Positions 1 to 12,567 are shown, numbered from the stretch's first letter. The stretch: 64,000 nucleotides of DNA from the human T2T-CHM13v2.0 reference genome, Homo sapiens (GCF_009914755.1 NC_060943.1), one strand, 5' to 3'. The notes: generated from the letters alone by a model not told the origin. A program made the numbers and translations.

Positions 1-479
1 CCTTCCACCAAGATTTCTTGGGCTTAAGTGGTCCTCTTTTTATTTTTTGATTTTTTGAGACACACTCTTGTTTCGTTGGGAGTGCAGTAGCAGGATCTCT
101 GCTCACCGGAAACTCCACCTCTCGGGTTCCAGTGATTCTCCCACCTCAGCCTGCCGAATTGTTGGGAATTCAGGCATCAGGCACCCACCATCGTGTCCTG
201 CACTCTTGCTGCCCATCCTGGAGAGCACTGGCATGATCTAGGCTCACTGCAACCTCCGCCTCCTGGGTTCGAGTGATGCTTCTGCCTCAGCCTCCCAGGT
301 AGTTGGGATTACAGGCACCTACTGCCCCACCCAGCTAATTTTTATGTTTTTAGTAGAGACGGGTTTCACCATGTTGGCCAGGCTAGTCTTGAACTCCCGC
401 TTTCAGGTGATCCACTAGCCTGTGGTCTATCCTGGAGGATGTTTGTGTGTGTGACAATGTATATTCTTCAACATCTTAG

Positions 480-602
480 ACTCCATTTTGGATGCTCCCA
501 TCGGAACTATGTATCCCTGTGCTGGAACTCAAGTGAACACTCGGCTCAAAGTCCATTGCTGTTCTCTAGAAATCCAGCCCAGTTCTCTTGGTTAAATATA
601 AG
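480..602 (+). other. Repeated 123-nt non-coding host exon
   Basis: TTCTTCAACATCTTAG| acceptor, AAG|GTATGT donor. Confidence 0.8.
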
Positions 603-847
603 GTATGTGTAGTAGGCATTGCTTTTTCTCTTTAGAGGCAAAACTCAGGAGGGTTGCCCCTTGATGAACAAGGCTAACCTGCTGAGCCTTTGAAGAAAGG
701 AACTGGAGATGGTCCTTTTAGGGGTTTATGTTCTGGATTCTAGAAAACAGGCAAACAGGGCCAATAAATGCATCTTTATTGTTGTGGCCATTTTAACCTG
801 GTCAAGGAAGATTTCAACAAAAAACCCAGAGTGCTGGAGCAAGAAGA

Positions 848-935
848 TCCCATGCTGTGACCCTCCAAAGGGAAGCGCTTTCTGTTTGTTTTCTCTTAAA
901 CAAAGTGCCTCCCTTTAGAGTGTTACCGTTTGGGA
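848..935 (+). ncRNA. MIR519D: pre-miR-519d
   Basis: Hairpin TCCCATGCTGTGACCCTCCAAAGGGAAGCG...; 3p CAAAGTGCCTCCCTTTAGAGTG at 901-922. Confidence 0.96.
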
Positions 936-1219
936 AAAGCCACGTTGAAGATGATGCTGATCTTGGTAATACATTTGCAGACCATGCTTGTAATCAGACT
1001 TGGATGATGTTGGGAGTCTGTTTTTTTGTTTGTTTGTTTGGTTGGTTTTTTTGTTTGTTAGGTTTTTGTTTTTTGTTTTGGTGTGTGTGTTTTGTTTTGT
1101 GTTTTTTTTTTTTTCTAAGACAAGGTCTCTGTTGCCCAGGAGAGACTAGAGAAGCACTTTTTAAGATAGGCCTGTTGGGCTCAGATGGTCCTTTTATGGG
1201 ATACAGTCTTGCTCTGTGA

Positions 1220-1327
<108 letters not shown>

Positions 1328-2157
1328 TGACATCACACTCGGCTAATATTTGTATTTTTCTTTTTTATTCATTCATTCATTTTTGAGATGGAGTGTTGCT
1401 GTCACCCAGCCTGGAGGGCAGTGGCATGATCCCGGCTGACTCCAACCTCTGCCTCTCAGGTTCAAGCCATTCTCCTGCCTCAGTCTCCTGAGTAGCTGGA
1501 ATTACAGGCGCCCACCACTACAACCAGCTACTTTTTGATTTTTTTTTTTTTTTTTTTTTTAGTAAAGGTGGGGTTTCACCATGTTGGCCAGGCTAGTCTC
1601 AAACCCCTGACCTCAAGTGAGCCGCTGGCCTCGGCCTCCCAAAGTGCTGAGAATATAGGCGTGAGCCACCGGGCACAGCCATCAGCACCTTTTACTTTAT
1701 GGAAATTTTTCTGGCACTGGTATAGAACCTCACGTGGGGTCAGGTGGAGTTGAGGGGACCTCAGTGTCCCTGCAGATGGGATGAGCAAGAGCACGGAGGT
1801 GGAGTGCATGGGGCTTCAGTGTTTATTGGGGAAATGAAGCTGAAATCTGGGTGCATGACCAGGAGATAAATGCATGAGACGGCGGTCTCACTATGCTGCC
1901 CTGGCTGAAGTGGGCTTAGATCCTCCTGCCTCTGCCCCTCCCCAGTCCTTGGTAGATGGGACTACATGTGAATATTAACCCCCCATGCACAGACAAGAAG
2001 AAAGTAAGGACTGTTCTTTGGTTCATACCTGACCCCAGTTAAACTTGTATTTTAGATAAACAATGTATTTGAGATGTACTTGAACAACAAACGATTTGCT
2101 GTTCAGGTGTGGGCATCTTTGTTTTGTTTTTTTTTTTCCTAATTTTAAATATGGGAC

Positions 2158-2677
2158 TAGTGTGCATATGGTGGCTCTTGTCTGTAATTCCTGCACTTTG
2201 TGAGGCTGAGACAGGAGGATCACCTGAGATCAGTTGTTCGAGACCAGCCTGGCCAACATGAAGCCAGGAGGCTGAGCTTTCAGTGAGCTGAAATCTTCTG
2301 CTGCACTCCACCCTGGGCAACAGAGTGAGACTCAGTCTCAAGAAAGTAAAAAATAGGCCGGGCGCGGTGGCGCATGCCTGTAATCCCAGCACTTTGGGAG
2401 GCCGAGACGGGAGGATCACCTGAGGTCAGGAGTTCAAGACCAACAGGGCCAACATGGCAAAGCCTCGTCTCTACTAAAAATACAAAAATTAGCTGGGTGC
2501 AATGGTGCACATCTGTAATTCCAGCTACTCCGGAGGCTGAGGCAGGAGAATCCCTTGAACCCAGGAGGAGGAGATTTCAGTGAGCTGAAATCAAGCCATG
2601 GCATTCCAGCCTGGGCCAGAGAGCAACATTCCGTCTCAAAAATAAATGAATAAATAAAATAAATAAAAATAAATAGA
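2158..2677 (+). mobile_element. Tandem Alu pair inserted at the U6 3' end
   Basis: Two + strand Alus flanked by direct repeat TAAATATGGGAC (2146-2157, 2678-2689). Confidence 0.85.
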
Positions 2678-2678
2678 T

Positions 2679-2778
2679 AAATATGGGACATCATAAATTT
2701 GGGTGTCACCTTTGTGTAGCAGCCAGCGTAATCTCTGTCATTCCAATTTTTTTTTATGTGAACTGCCAAAGCAAGCAC
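2679..2778 (-). pseudogene. Degenerate U6 snRNA copy
   Basis: Reverse complement GTGCTTGCTTTGGCAG...AAAATTGGAATGACAGAGATT...AAATTTATGA...CCATATTT is colinear with U6. Confidence 0.85.
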
Positions 2779-3720
2779 TTGTGTAGGAATTTTTCTTCCT
2801 GTGAGCATACAATATATGGAACTTTCTTTGACACAGGGTCTCAGAAATATATGGTATATATTTCGTTATATATATACTTATATATAATATAATCATATAC
2901 ACACAAAATACTGTTCTAAATACAGAGAATACTCTGATATAACCTTGGGTATTTTTTTCTTTCTTTGTGTGTGTATGTTTTTTATTTGTTTGGCTGGTTT
3001 TTTTTTGTTTTTGTTTTTTGTTTTTTGTTTTTTGTTTTTGTTTTTGTTTTGAGACAGAGTCTCACTCTGTCGCCGAGGCTGGAGTGCAGTGACAGGATCT
3101 CGGGTCACTGCAAGCTCCGCCTACCGGGTTCACGCCATTCTCCTGCCTCAGCCTCCTGAGTAGCTGGGACCACAGGCACCCACCACCACACCTGGCTAAT
3201 TTTTTTTTGTATTTTTAGTAGAGACAGGGTTTCGCCATGTTAGCCAGGATGATCTCGATCTCCTGACCTCGTGATCCACCCGCCTCGGCCTCCCAAAGTG
3301 CTGGGATTACAGGCGTCAGCCACCGCGCCCGGCCAGTTGGTTATTTTTGAGACAAGGTCTGGCTCTATCACCCAGGCTGGAGTGTAGTGGTGCGATCTTG
3401 GCTCACTGCAACCTCCACCTCCCACCTAAACCTGCTGAATTAGTGTCTACAGGCATGCACCACCACACCTGGCTCACTTTTGTGTTTTTCATACACATGG
3501 GTTTACACCATGTTGCTGGGGCTGGTCTCAGGAACTCCTGAGCTCAGGTGATCCTCCCGTCTTGGCCCCCTAATGTGCTAGGATTAGAGGTGTGAGCCAA
3601 CCCACCCCACCCATACTTACGTATTTCTGTTCAGATTTTATTGAGTTTTTATGACCAAGCCTATGGTCTATCCTGGAGAATATTTGTGTATGTGACAATG
3701 TATATTCTTCAACATCGTAG

Positions 3721-3842
3721 ACTCGATTTTGGGTGCTCCCATCGGGACTGTGTGTACCTGTCCTGGAACTCAAGTGCACCCTTGGCTCATAATCCATTGC
3801 TCTTCTCCAGAAATCTTACCAATTCTCCTGCTTAAATATAAG
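3721..3842 (+). other. Repeated exon copy, donor lost
   Basis: CATCGTAG| intact; AAG|CTACGT. Confidence 0.7.
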
Positions 3843-4086
3843 CTACGTGTAGTAGGCATTGTTTTTTCTTAGCAGATACGAAACTCAGGAAGATTGTCCT
3901 ATGATAAACAAGGCTAACCTGCTGATTGTTTGAAGCAAGGAACTGGAGATGGTCCTTTTAGGGGTTTATGTTTTGGATTCCAGAAAACGTGTAAACAGGG
4001 CCAATACGTGCATCTTTATTTTGTGTCCAGTTTAGCCTGGTCAACAAAAATGTCAACAAAAAACCCAGAGTGCTGGAGTAAGAAGG

Positions 4087-4173
4087 TCTCGGGCTGTGAC
4101 TCTCCAAAGGGAAGAATTTTCTCTTGTCTAAAAGAAAAGAACGCACTTCCCTTTAGAGTGTTACCGTGTGAGA
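4087..4173 (+). ncRNA. MIR521-2: pre-miR-521-2
   Basis: Hairpin with 3p AACGCACTTCCCTTTAGAGTGT; 5' TCTCGGGCTGTGACTCTCC distinguishes it from 521-1. Confidence 0.95.
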
Positions 4174-4869
4174 AAAGCAATGCTGAAGTTGATGCTGATC
4201 TTGCAAATAACTTTGCAGAGCCTGCTTATAATCAGACTTTGACAATGGTGGGCGTCTGTTTTTTTTTTTCTAAGACAGGATCTCTGTTGCCCAGGCTGGA
4301 GTATGGTGGCACTTCCAACCTAGGTCTCTTGGGCTCAAATGGTCCTCTTTTTTGGGACAGAGTCTTGCTCTGTGACCCAAGCTAGACCACAGTGGCACGA
4401 TCTTGGCTCACGGCAATCTCTGCCTCCCAGTTTCAAGTGATTCCCCTGCCTCAACTTCCTGAGTAGCTGGGATTATAGGTGTCTGACACCATGACTGGCT
4501 ATAATTTTCATTTTTCTTATTTATTTATTTTTGAGTCTCGCTGTCTCTCAGGCTGGAGTGCAGTGGCAGCCTTTGCCTCTTGGGTTCAAGCAATTTTCCT
4601 GCCTCAGCCTCCCAAGTAGTTGGAATTATATGTGTCACCATCATGCCCTTTTTGTTTTTTTTTAGTAGAAAATGGGTTTCACCACGTTGGCCAGGCTAGT
4701 CTCAAGCCCCTGACCTCAAGTGATCCTCCCGCCTCAGACTCCCAAAGTGCTGAAAATGCAGGCGTGAGCCACTGCACCGAGCCATCAACACCTTCTACTC
4801 CATGGAAATGATACTGGCGCTGGTTTATAGAACCTCACTTGGGGTCGGGCAGATTTAAAAGGGACCTCA

Positions 4870-5218
<349 letters not shown>

Positions 5219-5227
5219 TTAGCAAGA

Positions 5228-5305
5228 GCACGGAGGTGGAGTGCATGGCTTTGAGTTTTCACTGGGGCACGGAGGTGGAGTGCATGGCTTTGAGTTTTCA
5301 CTGGG
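5228..5305. repeat. Perfect 39-bp tandem duplication
   Basis: GCACGGAGGTGGAGTGCATGGCTTTGAGTTTTCACTGGG x2. Confidence 0.95.
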
Positions 5306-6559
5306 TAAATGCAGCTGAACTCTTGGCTGCACGACCAGGTCATATGTGCAACGAGACAGGGGTCTCACTATGCTGCCCAGGCTAAAATGGGCTTAGGTCC
5401 TTTTGCCTCCACCTCTCCCCAGTCCTTAGTAGCTGGGACTACATGTGAATATTAACCATGCACAGGCAAGAGGAAAGAAAGGACCGTTCTTTGGTTCACA
5501 CCTAGCCGCCAGTCAAATTAGTATTTTAGATGAAGACTGCATTTGAGACATACTTGAACAACAAATGATTTGCTGTTTAGGTGTGGGCATCTTTCTTTTT
5601 TCCTAGTTTTAATAATGGCACCAGGCAGAGTACAGTGGCCCACGCCTGTAATTCCAGCACTTTGGGAGGCTGAGACAGGAGGATCACCTGAGGTCGGGAA
5701 TTTGATTCCAGCCTGGCCAACATGGTGCAGCCCCATCTCTACTAAAAATACAAAATTAGCCCAGCATGGTGGTGGTATATGCTTGTAATCCCAGCTACTC
5801 TGGAGGCTGAGGCAGGAGAGTCGCTTGAAGCTGGAAGGCTGATCTTTCAATGAGCTGAGATCACGCCACTGCACTCAAGCCTCGGCAAAAAGAGTGAGAC
5901 TCCATCTCAAAAACATAAAAAATAGGCCAGACACGGTGGTCCACTCCTGTAATCCCAGCACTTTGAGAGGCCAGGACAGGCGGATCTCCTCAGGTCAGGA
6001 GTCCAAGACTAGCTGGGCAAACAAGGCAAAACCTCGTCTATACTAAAATTAGGAAAAATGGCTGGGAACAGTGGTGGACACCTGTAATCTCAGCTACTTG
6101 GGAGGCCACGGCAAGAGAATCTCTTGAACCTGGGAAAAGGAGATTGCAGTGAGACGAAATCACACCATTGTACTCCATCCTGGGTGACAGAGTGAGATTC
6201 TGTTTCAAAAATTAAATAAATAGGCCGAGCACAGTGACTCATGCCTGTAATCCCAGAACTTTGGGAGGCCGAGGTGGCGGATCACCTGAGGTCGGGAGTT
6301 CAAGACCAGCCTAACCAACACGTAGAAACCCCATCTCTACTAAAAATACAAAATTAGCCGGGCATGGTGGCGCATGCCTGTAATCCCAGCTGCTCGGGAG
6401 GTTGAGGCAAGAGAATCACTTGAACCCCAGGGGGCGGAGGTTGTGGTGAGCCGAGATTGTGCCATTGTATTCCAGCCTGGGCAACGAGTGAAACTCTGTC
6501 TCTAAATAAATAAATAAAACTATTAAATAAACATTAAACGTTAAAAAATAAAAATAGAT

Positions 6560-6658
6560 AAATATGAGATCATCATGAATTTGAGTGTCACCTTTGCGCA
6601 GGGCCCATGGTAATCTTTGTCATTCCAATTTTTTCATGCGTGCTGCCAAAGCTAGCAC
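6560..6658 (-). pseudogene. Degenerate U6 snRNA copy
   Basis: GTGTCACCTTTGCGCAGGGCCCATGGTAATC...TGCTGCCAAAGCTAGCAC matches antisense U6. Confidence 0.88.
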
Positions 6659-7588
6659 TTGTGTGTAGGAAGTATTCTTCCTGTGAGCATACAATATATG
6701 GAAGTTTCTTTTATTATTATTATTTTTTATGTTTTTGCGACTGAGTTTTGCTCTTGTCGCATAGGCTGAAGTGCAATGGTGTGATCTGGGCTCCCTGCGA
6801 TGTCCACCTCTTGGGTTAAAGCGACTCTCCTACCTCAGCCTCCTGAGTAGCTGGGATTACAGGCATACACTTCCAGGGCTAGCTAATTTGTTGTATTTTA
6901 GTAGACGGGATTTCTCCATGTTGGTCAGGCTGGTCTCAAACTCCCGACTTCAGGTGATCTGCCCACCTTGGCTTTCCAAAGTACTGGGATTGCAGACAGC
7001 CACCGCGGCTGGCCTTCATATATTCTTATATATATAATATCATGTACACACAAAAGACTCTTTTACACCCTGAGAATACTCTTATATCACTTTGGGCATT
7101 TTTTTGTTGGTGTGTGCATTTTTTGTTTGTTCGTTCGTTTGTTTTTGAGACAAGATCTGGCCCTGTCACCTATGCTGGAGTGCAGTGGTGTGATCTCGGC
7201 TCCCGGCAACCTCAACCTCCCACCTCAGCCTCCTGAATTAGTGTCTACAGGCATGCACCTCTATACCTGGCTAACTTTTGTATTTTTACAGATGAGGTTT
7301 TACCATGTTTCCCAGGCTGGTGTCTAACTCCTGAGAATATAAGGTATATGTAGTAGGCGTTGCTTTTTCTCTTTGAAGACAAAACCCAGGACAGTTGTCC
7401 CTCGATGAACAAGGCTAACCTGCTGAACGTTTGAAGCAAGGAACTGGAGATGGTCTTTGTATCGGTTTATGTTCTAGATTCCAGAAAATATGCAAACAGG
7501 ACCAATAAATGCATCTTTATTTTTGTGTCCATTTTGACCAGGTCAAGGAAAATTTCAACAAGAAACCCAGAGTGCCGGAGCAAGAAGA

Positions 7589-7675
7589 TCTCAAGCTGTG
7601 AGTCTACAAAGGGAAGCCCTTTCTGTTGTCTAAAAGAAAAGAAAGTGCTTCTCTTTGGTGGGTTACGGTTTGAGA
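7589..7675 (+). ncRNA. MIR520D: pre-miR-520d
   Basis: 5p CTACAAAGGGAAGCCCTTTC; 3p AAAGTGCTTCTCTTTGGTGGGT. Confidence 0.96.
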
Positions 7676-8224
7676 AAAGCAACGTTGAAGTTGATGCTGA
7701 TTTCGGTAATACATTTGCAGAGCATGCTTATCACACTTGGACGATGGTGGGGTTCTGTTTTGGTTTTGCTTTTTTATTCTAAGGCTCTGTGTTGCTCATG
7801 CTGGAGTGCAGTGACATGTCCAATATATCTCTTGGCTTCAAATGGTCAGCCTGGGCAACACAGGGAAATTCTGTCTCAAAAAATAAACAAATGAATAAAA
7901 ATACAAAATAAAGCCGGGCATGGTGGCTCATGCCTGTAATCCCAGCACTTTGGGAGGCCGATGCAGGTAGATCATCTCAGGTCAGGAGTTTGAGACCAGT
8001 CTGACCAACGTGGTGAAAATCCGTCTCTACTAAAAATACAATAACAACAAAAATTAGCCCAGTGTGGTGGTGGGCACCTGTAATCCCAGCTACTTAGGAG
8101 GCTGAGGCAGGAGAATTGCTTGAACCCGGGAGGCAGAGGCTGCAGTGAGCCGAGATTGTGCCACAGCATCCAGCCAGGATGACAGAGTGAGATTCCGTCT
8201 GAAAAAAAAAAAAAAAAAAAAAAA

Positions 8225-8538
<314 letters not shown>

Positions 8539-8569
8539 CTACAGTACTGGAGCAAGAAGACCTCATGCT

Positions 8570-8636
8570 GTGACCCTCTAGATGGAAGCACTGTCTGTTG
8601 TCTAAGAAAAGATCGTGCATCCCTTTAGAGTGTTAC
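8570..8636 (+). ncRNA. MIR517B: pre-miR-517b
   Basis: 5p CCTCTAGATGGAAGCACTGTCT; 3p ATCGTGCATCCCTTTAGAGTGT; lies between 520d and 520g. Confidence 0.94.
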
Positions 8637-9389
8637 TGTTTGAGAAAAGCAACGTTGAAGATGCTGCTGATCTTGGTAATACATTTGCAGAGCGTGCTTA
8701 TCATCAGACTTGCATGATGTTGGGGTTCTCTTTGGTTTGTTTTTTTCCAAGACAGGTTCCCTGTTGCCCAGGCGGGAGTGGGTGGCACCTCCAACCGAGA
8801 TCTCTTGGGCTCAAGTGGTGATCTTTTTATTTTTGATTTTTTGAGATGCGCTCTCATTCCGTTTCCCAGGCTGGAGTGCAGCGGCAGGATCCCTGTTGAC
8901 CGGAAACTCCGCCTCCCAGCTTCCGGCGATTCTCCCACCTCAGCCTGCCGAATAGTTGGGAATAGAGATGCCCGCCATCGTGTCCTGCTAGTTATTATTT
9001 TTATTGTTGTTGTTGTTGTTGAGATGGAGTTTCACTCTTGATGTCCAGGCTGGAGTGCAGTGTTGCGATTTAGGCTCACTGCAACCTCCACCTCCTGGGT
9101 TCAAGCGATTCTCCTGCCGCAGCCTCCTGGGTAGCTGGGATTACAGGTGCCTACTGCCCCACCCAGCTAATTTTTGTGTTTTGAATAGAGACTGGGTTTC
9201 ACCATGTTGGGCAGGCTGGTCTCAAACTCCCGACCTCAGGTGATCCACCAGCCTTGGCCTCCTAAAGTGCTGGGATTACAGGCGTGAGCCACCGCCCCTA
9301 ATCTCACGTGGTCCTCTAGAGTCAGCCTAGACTCTGGTCTATCCTGGAGGATGTTTGTGTGTGAGACAATGTATATTCTTCAACATCAG

Positions 9390-9414
9390 CCCAATTCTCT
9401 TAGCTAAATGTAAG
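9390..9414 (+). other. Internally deleted exon copy (possible 25-nt micro-exon)
   Basis: CAACATCAG|CCCAATTCTCTTAGCTAAATGTAAG|GTATGA. Confidence 0.5.
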
Positions 9415-9659
9415 GTATGAGTAGTAGGTATTCCTTTTTCTCTTTGGGGACAAAACTCAGGACGATCGCCCCTTGATGAACAAGGCTAACCTGCTGAGCC
9501 TTTGAAGCAAGGAATTGGAGATGGTCCTTTCAGGGGTTTATGTTCTGGATTCCATAAAACATGTAAACAGGGCCAATAAATGCATTTTTATTTTTGTATC
9601 CGTTTTAACCTGGTCAAGGAAAATTCCAACAAGAAACCCAGAGTGCTGGAGCAAGAAGA

Positions 9660-9749
9660 TCCCATGCTGTGACCCTCTAGAGGAAGCACTTTCTGTTTGT
9701 TGTCTGAGAAAAAACAAAGTGCTTCCCTTTAGAGTGTTACCGTTTGGGA
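9660..9749 (+). ncRNA. MIR520G: pre-miR-520g
   Basis: 3p ACAAAGTGCTTCCCTTTAGAGTGT. Confidence 0.95.
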
Positions 9750-9848
9750 AAAGCAGTGTTGAAGTTGATGCTGATGTTGGTAATATATTTGCATGCTTAT
9801 TATCAGACTTGGATGATGTTGGGGTTCTGTTTTGTTTTTGTTTTCTAA

Positions 9849-10109
<261 letters not shown>

Positions 10110-10830
10110 TGAGATGGAGTCTCGTTTCCCCAGCTGGAGAGCGGTGGCATGATCCCGACTGACTCCAACCTCTGCCTCTCAGGTTCAAGCAATTCTCCTG
10201 CCTCAGCCTCTGAAGTAGCTGAAACTACAGGTGGCCGCCACCACGCCTGGCTACGTTTTGAATTTTTTTTTTTTTTTTTTTCAGTAGAGATGGGGCTTAC
10301 CATGTTGGCCAGGCTGGTCTCAAACCCCTGACCTCAAGTGAGCCACTCACCTTGGCCTCCGAAAATGCTGAGAATACAGGCATGAGCCACCACCGCGCGC
10401 CTCCCAAAGGCGTGAGCCATGGTGCGTGGCCATCAACACCTCTTACTTTATGGAAATTTTTCTGGCACTGGTATAGAACCTCACATGGGGTCAGGTGGAG
10501 TTGAGGGGACCTCAGTGTCCCTGCAGATGGGATGAGCAAGAGCACGGAGGTGGAGTGCATGGGGCTTCAGTGTGTATTGGGGAAATGAAGCTGAAATCTT
10601 GGGTGCATGACCAGGAGATAAATGCATGAGACGGGGGTCTCACTATGCTGCCCTGGCTAAAGTGGTCTTAGATCCTCCTGCCTCTGCCCCTCCCAGGCCT
10701 TGTTAGATGGGACTACATGTAAATATTAACCCATGCACAGGCAGGAAGAAAGTAAGGACCATTTTTTGGTTCGTCCCGGCCCTCAGTTAAACTTGTGTTT
10801 TAGATAAACAATGTATTTGAGATGTGCTTA

Positions 10831-11118
<288 letters not shown>

Positions 11119-11510
11119 TCAGTGAGCTGAGATTGCGCCACTGCATTCCAGCCTGGGCAACTGAGTGAGTCTCAGTGTCAACAAAGTAAATAATAGTCTA
11201 GGCACAGCGGCACACGCCTGTAATCCCAGCACTTTAGGAGGCTAAGACGGGAGGATCACCTGAGGTCAGGAGTTCAAGACCAACGGGGCCAACGTGGCAA
11301 AGCCTTGTCTCTACTAAAACTACAAAAATTAGCTGGGTGCGGTGGTGCACATCTGTGATTCCAGCTACTCGGGAGGCCAAGACAGGAGAACCACTTGAAC
11401 CCAGGAGGAGGCGATTTCAGTGAGCTGTAATGAAGCCATGGCATTCCAGCCTGGGCCACAGAGCAAGATTCCGTCTCAAAAATAAATAAAACAAATAAAA
11501 ATACGTAGAT

Positions 11511-11610
11511 AAATACGGGACCGTCGTGAATTTGAGTGTCACCTTTGTGGAGCAGCCACGGTAATCTCTGTCATTCCAATTTTTTTTATGTGCACTACCA
11601 AAGCAAGAAC
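11511..11610 (-). pseudogene. Degenerate U6 snRNA copy
   Basis: Same antisense U6 pattern. Confidence 0.8.
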
Positions 11611-11847
11611 TTGTGTAGGAATTATTCTTCCTGTGAGTATGCGATGTATGGAACTTTCCTTGAGACAGGGTCTCAAAAATATATCATGTATATTTTATAT
11701 ATTCTTATCATATATAATATAATCATGTACACACAAAATACTCTTCTAAATACAGAGAATACTCTGATATCACCTTGCGTATTTTTTGTTTGCATGTGTC
11801 TGTGTTTGGTTGTTTTTTTTTTGTCATATTTTTGTATCCCTACTTAT

Positions 11848-12177
11848 ATATTTATTTTTAATTTTATTATTATACTTTAAGTTCTAGGGTACATGTGCAC
11901 AACGTGCAGGTTAGTTACATATGTATACATGTGCCATGCTGGTGTGCTGCACCCATTAACTCATCATTTAGCATTAGGTATATCTCCTAATGCTATCCCT
12001 CCCCGCTACCCCCACCCAACAACAGTCCCCGGTGTGTGATGTTCCCCTTCCTGTGTCCATGTGTTCTCATTGTTCAGTTCCCACCTATGAGTGAGAACAT
12101 GCGGTGTTTGGTTTTTTGTCCTTGCGATAGTTTGCTGAGAATGATGGTTTCCAGTTTCATCCATGTCCCTACAAAGG
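11848..12177 (-). mobile_element. 5'-truncated young L1PA 3' end
   Basis: TTATTATACTTTAAGTTCTAGGGTACATGTGCACAACGTGCAGG...CCATGTCCCTACAAAGG. Confidence 0.93.
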
Positions 12178-12567
12178 GGTTGGTTATTTTTGAGACAAGG
12201 TCTGACTCTATCGCCCAGGCTGGAGTGTAGTGGTGCCATCTCGGCTCACTGCAACCTCCACCTCCCACCTAATCCTGCTGAATTAGTGTCTGCAGGCATG
12301 CACAACCACATCTGGCTCACTTTTGTATTTTTTATACACATGGGTTTACACCATGTTGCAGGCGCTGGTCTCAAACTCCCTCCCAAGCTCAGGTGATCCT
12401 CTGTCTCAGCCTCCTAAAGTGCTGGGATTAGAGGTGTGAGCCACCACACCCCACTGGTATTTGTGTGTTCCTGTTCAAATTTTATTGAGGAGTTTTTATA
12501 ACCAAGCCTGTGGTCCATCCTGGAGGATGTTTGTGTGCATGACAATGTATATTCTTCAACATCGTAG

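Noticed and set aside
662-960. Box C (TGATGA, 662) and box D (CTGA, 682 and 957) motifs recurring in units, suggesting a C/D snoRNA array
   Set aside because: Spacing is too short or too long, the bases flanking C and D do not form the K-turn stem, and box C varies between copies
2679-2778. Functional U6 snRNA genes
   Set aside because: Many substitutions and indels, and no recognisable PSE/TATA promoter upstream
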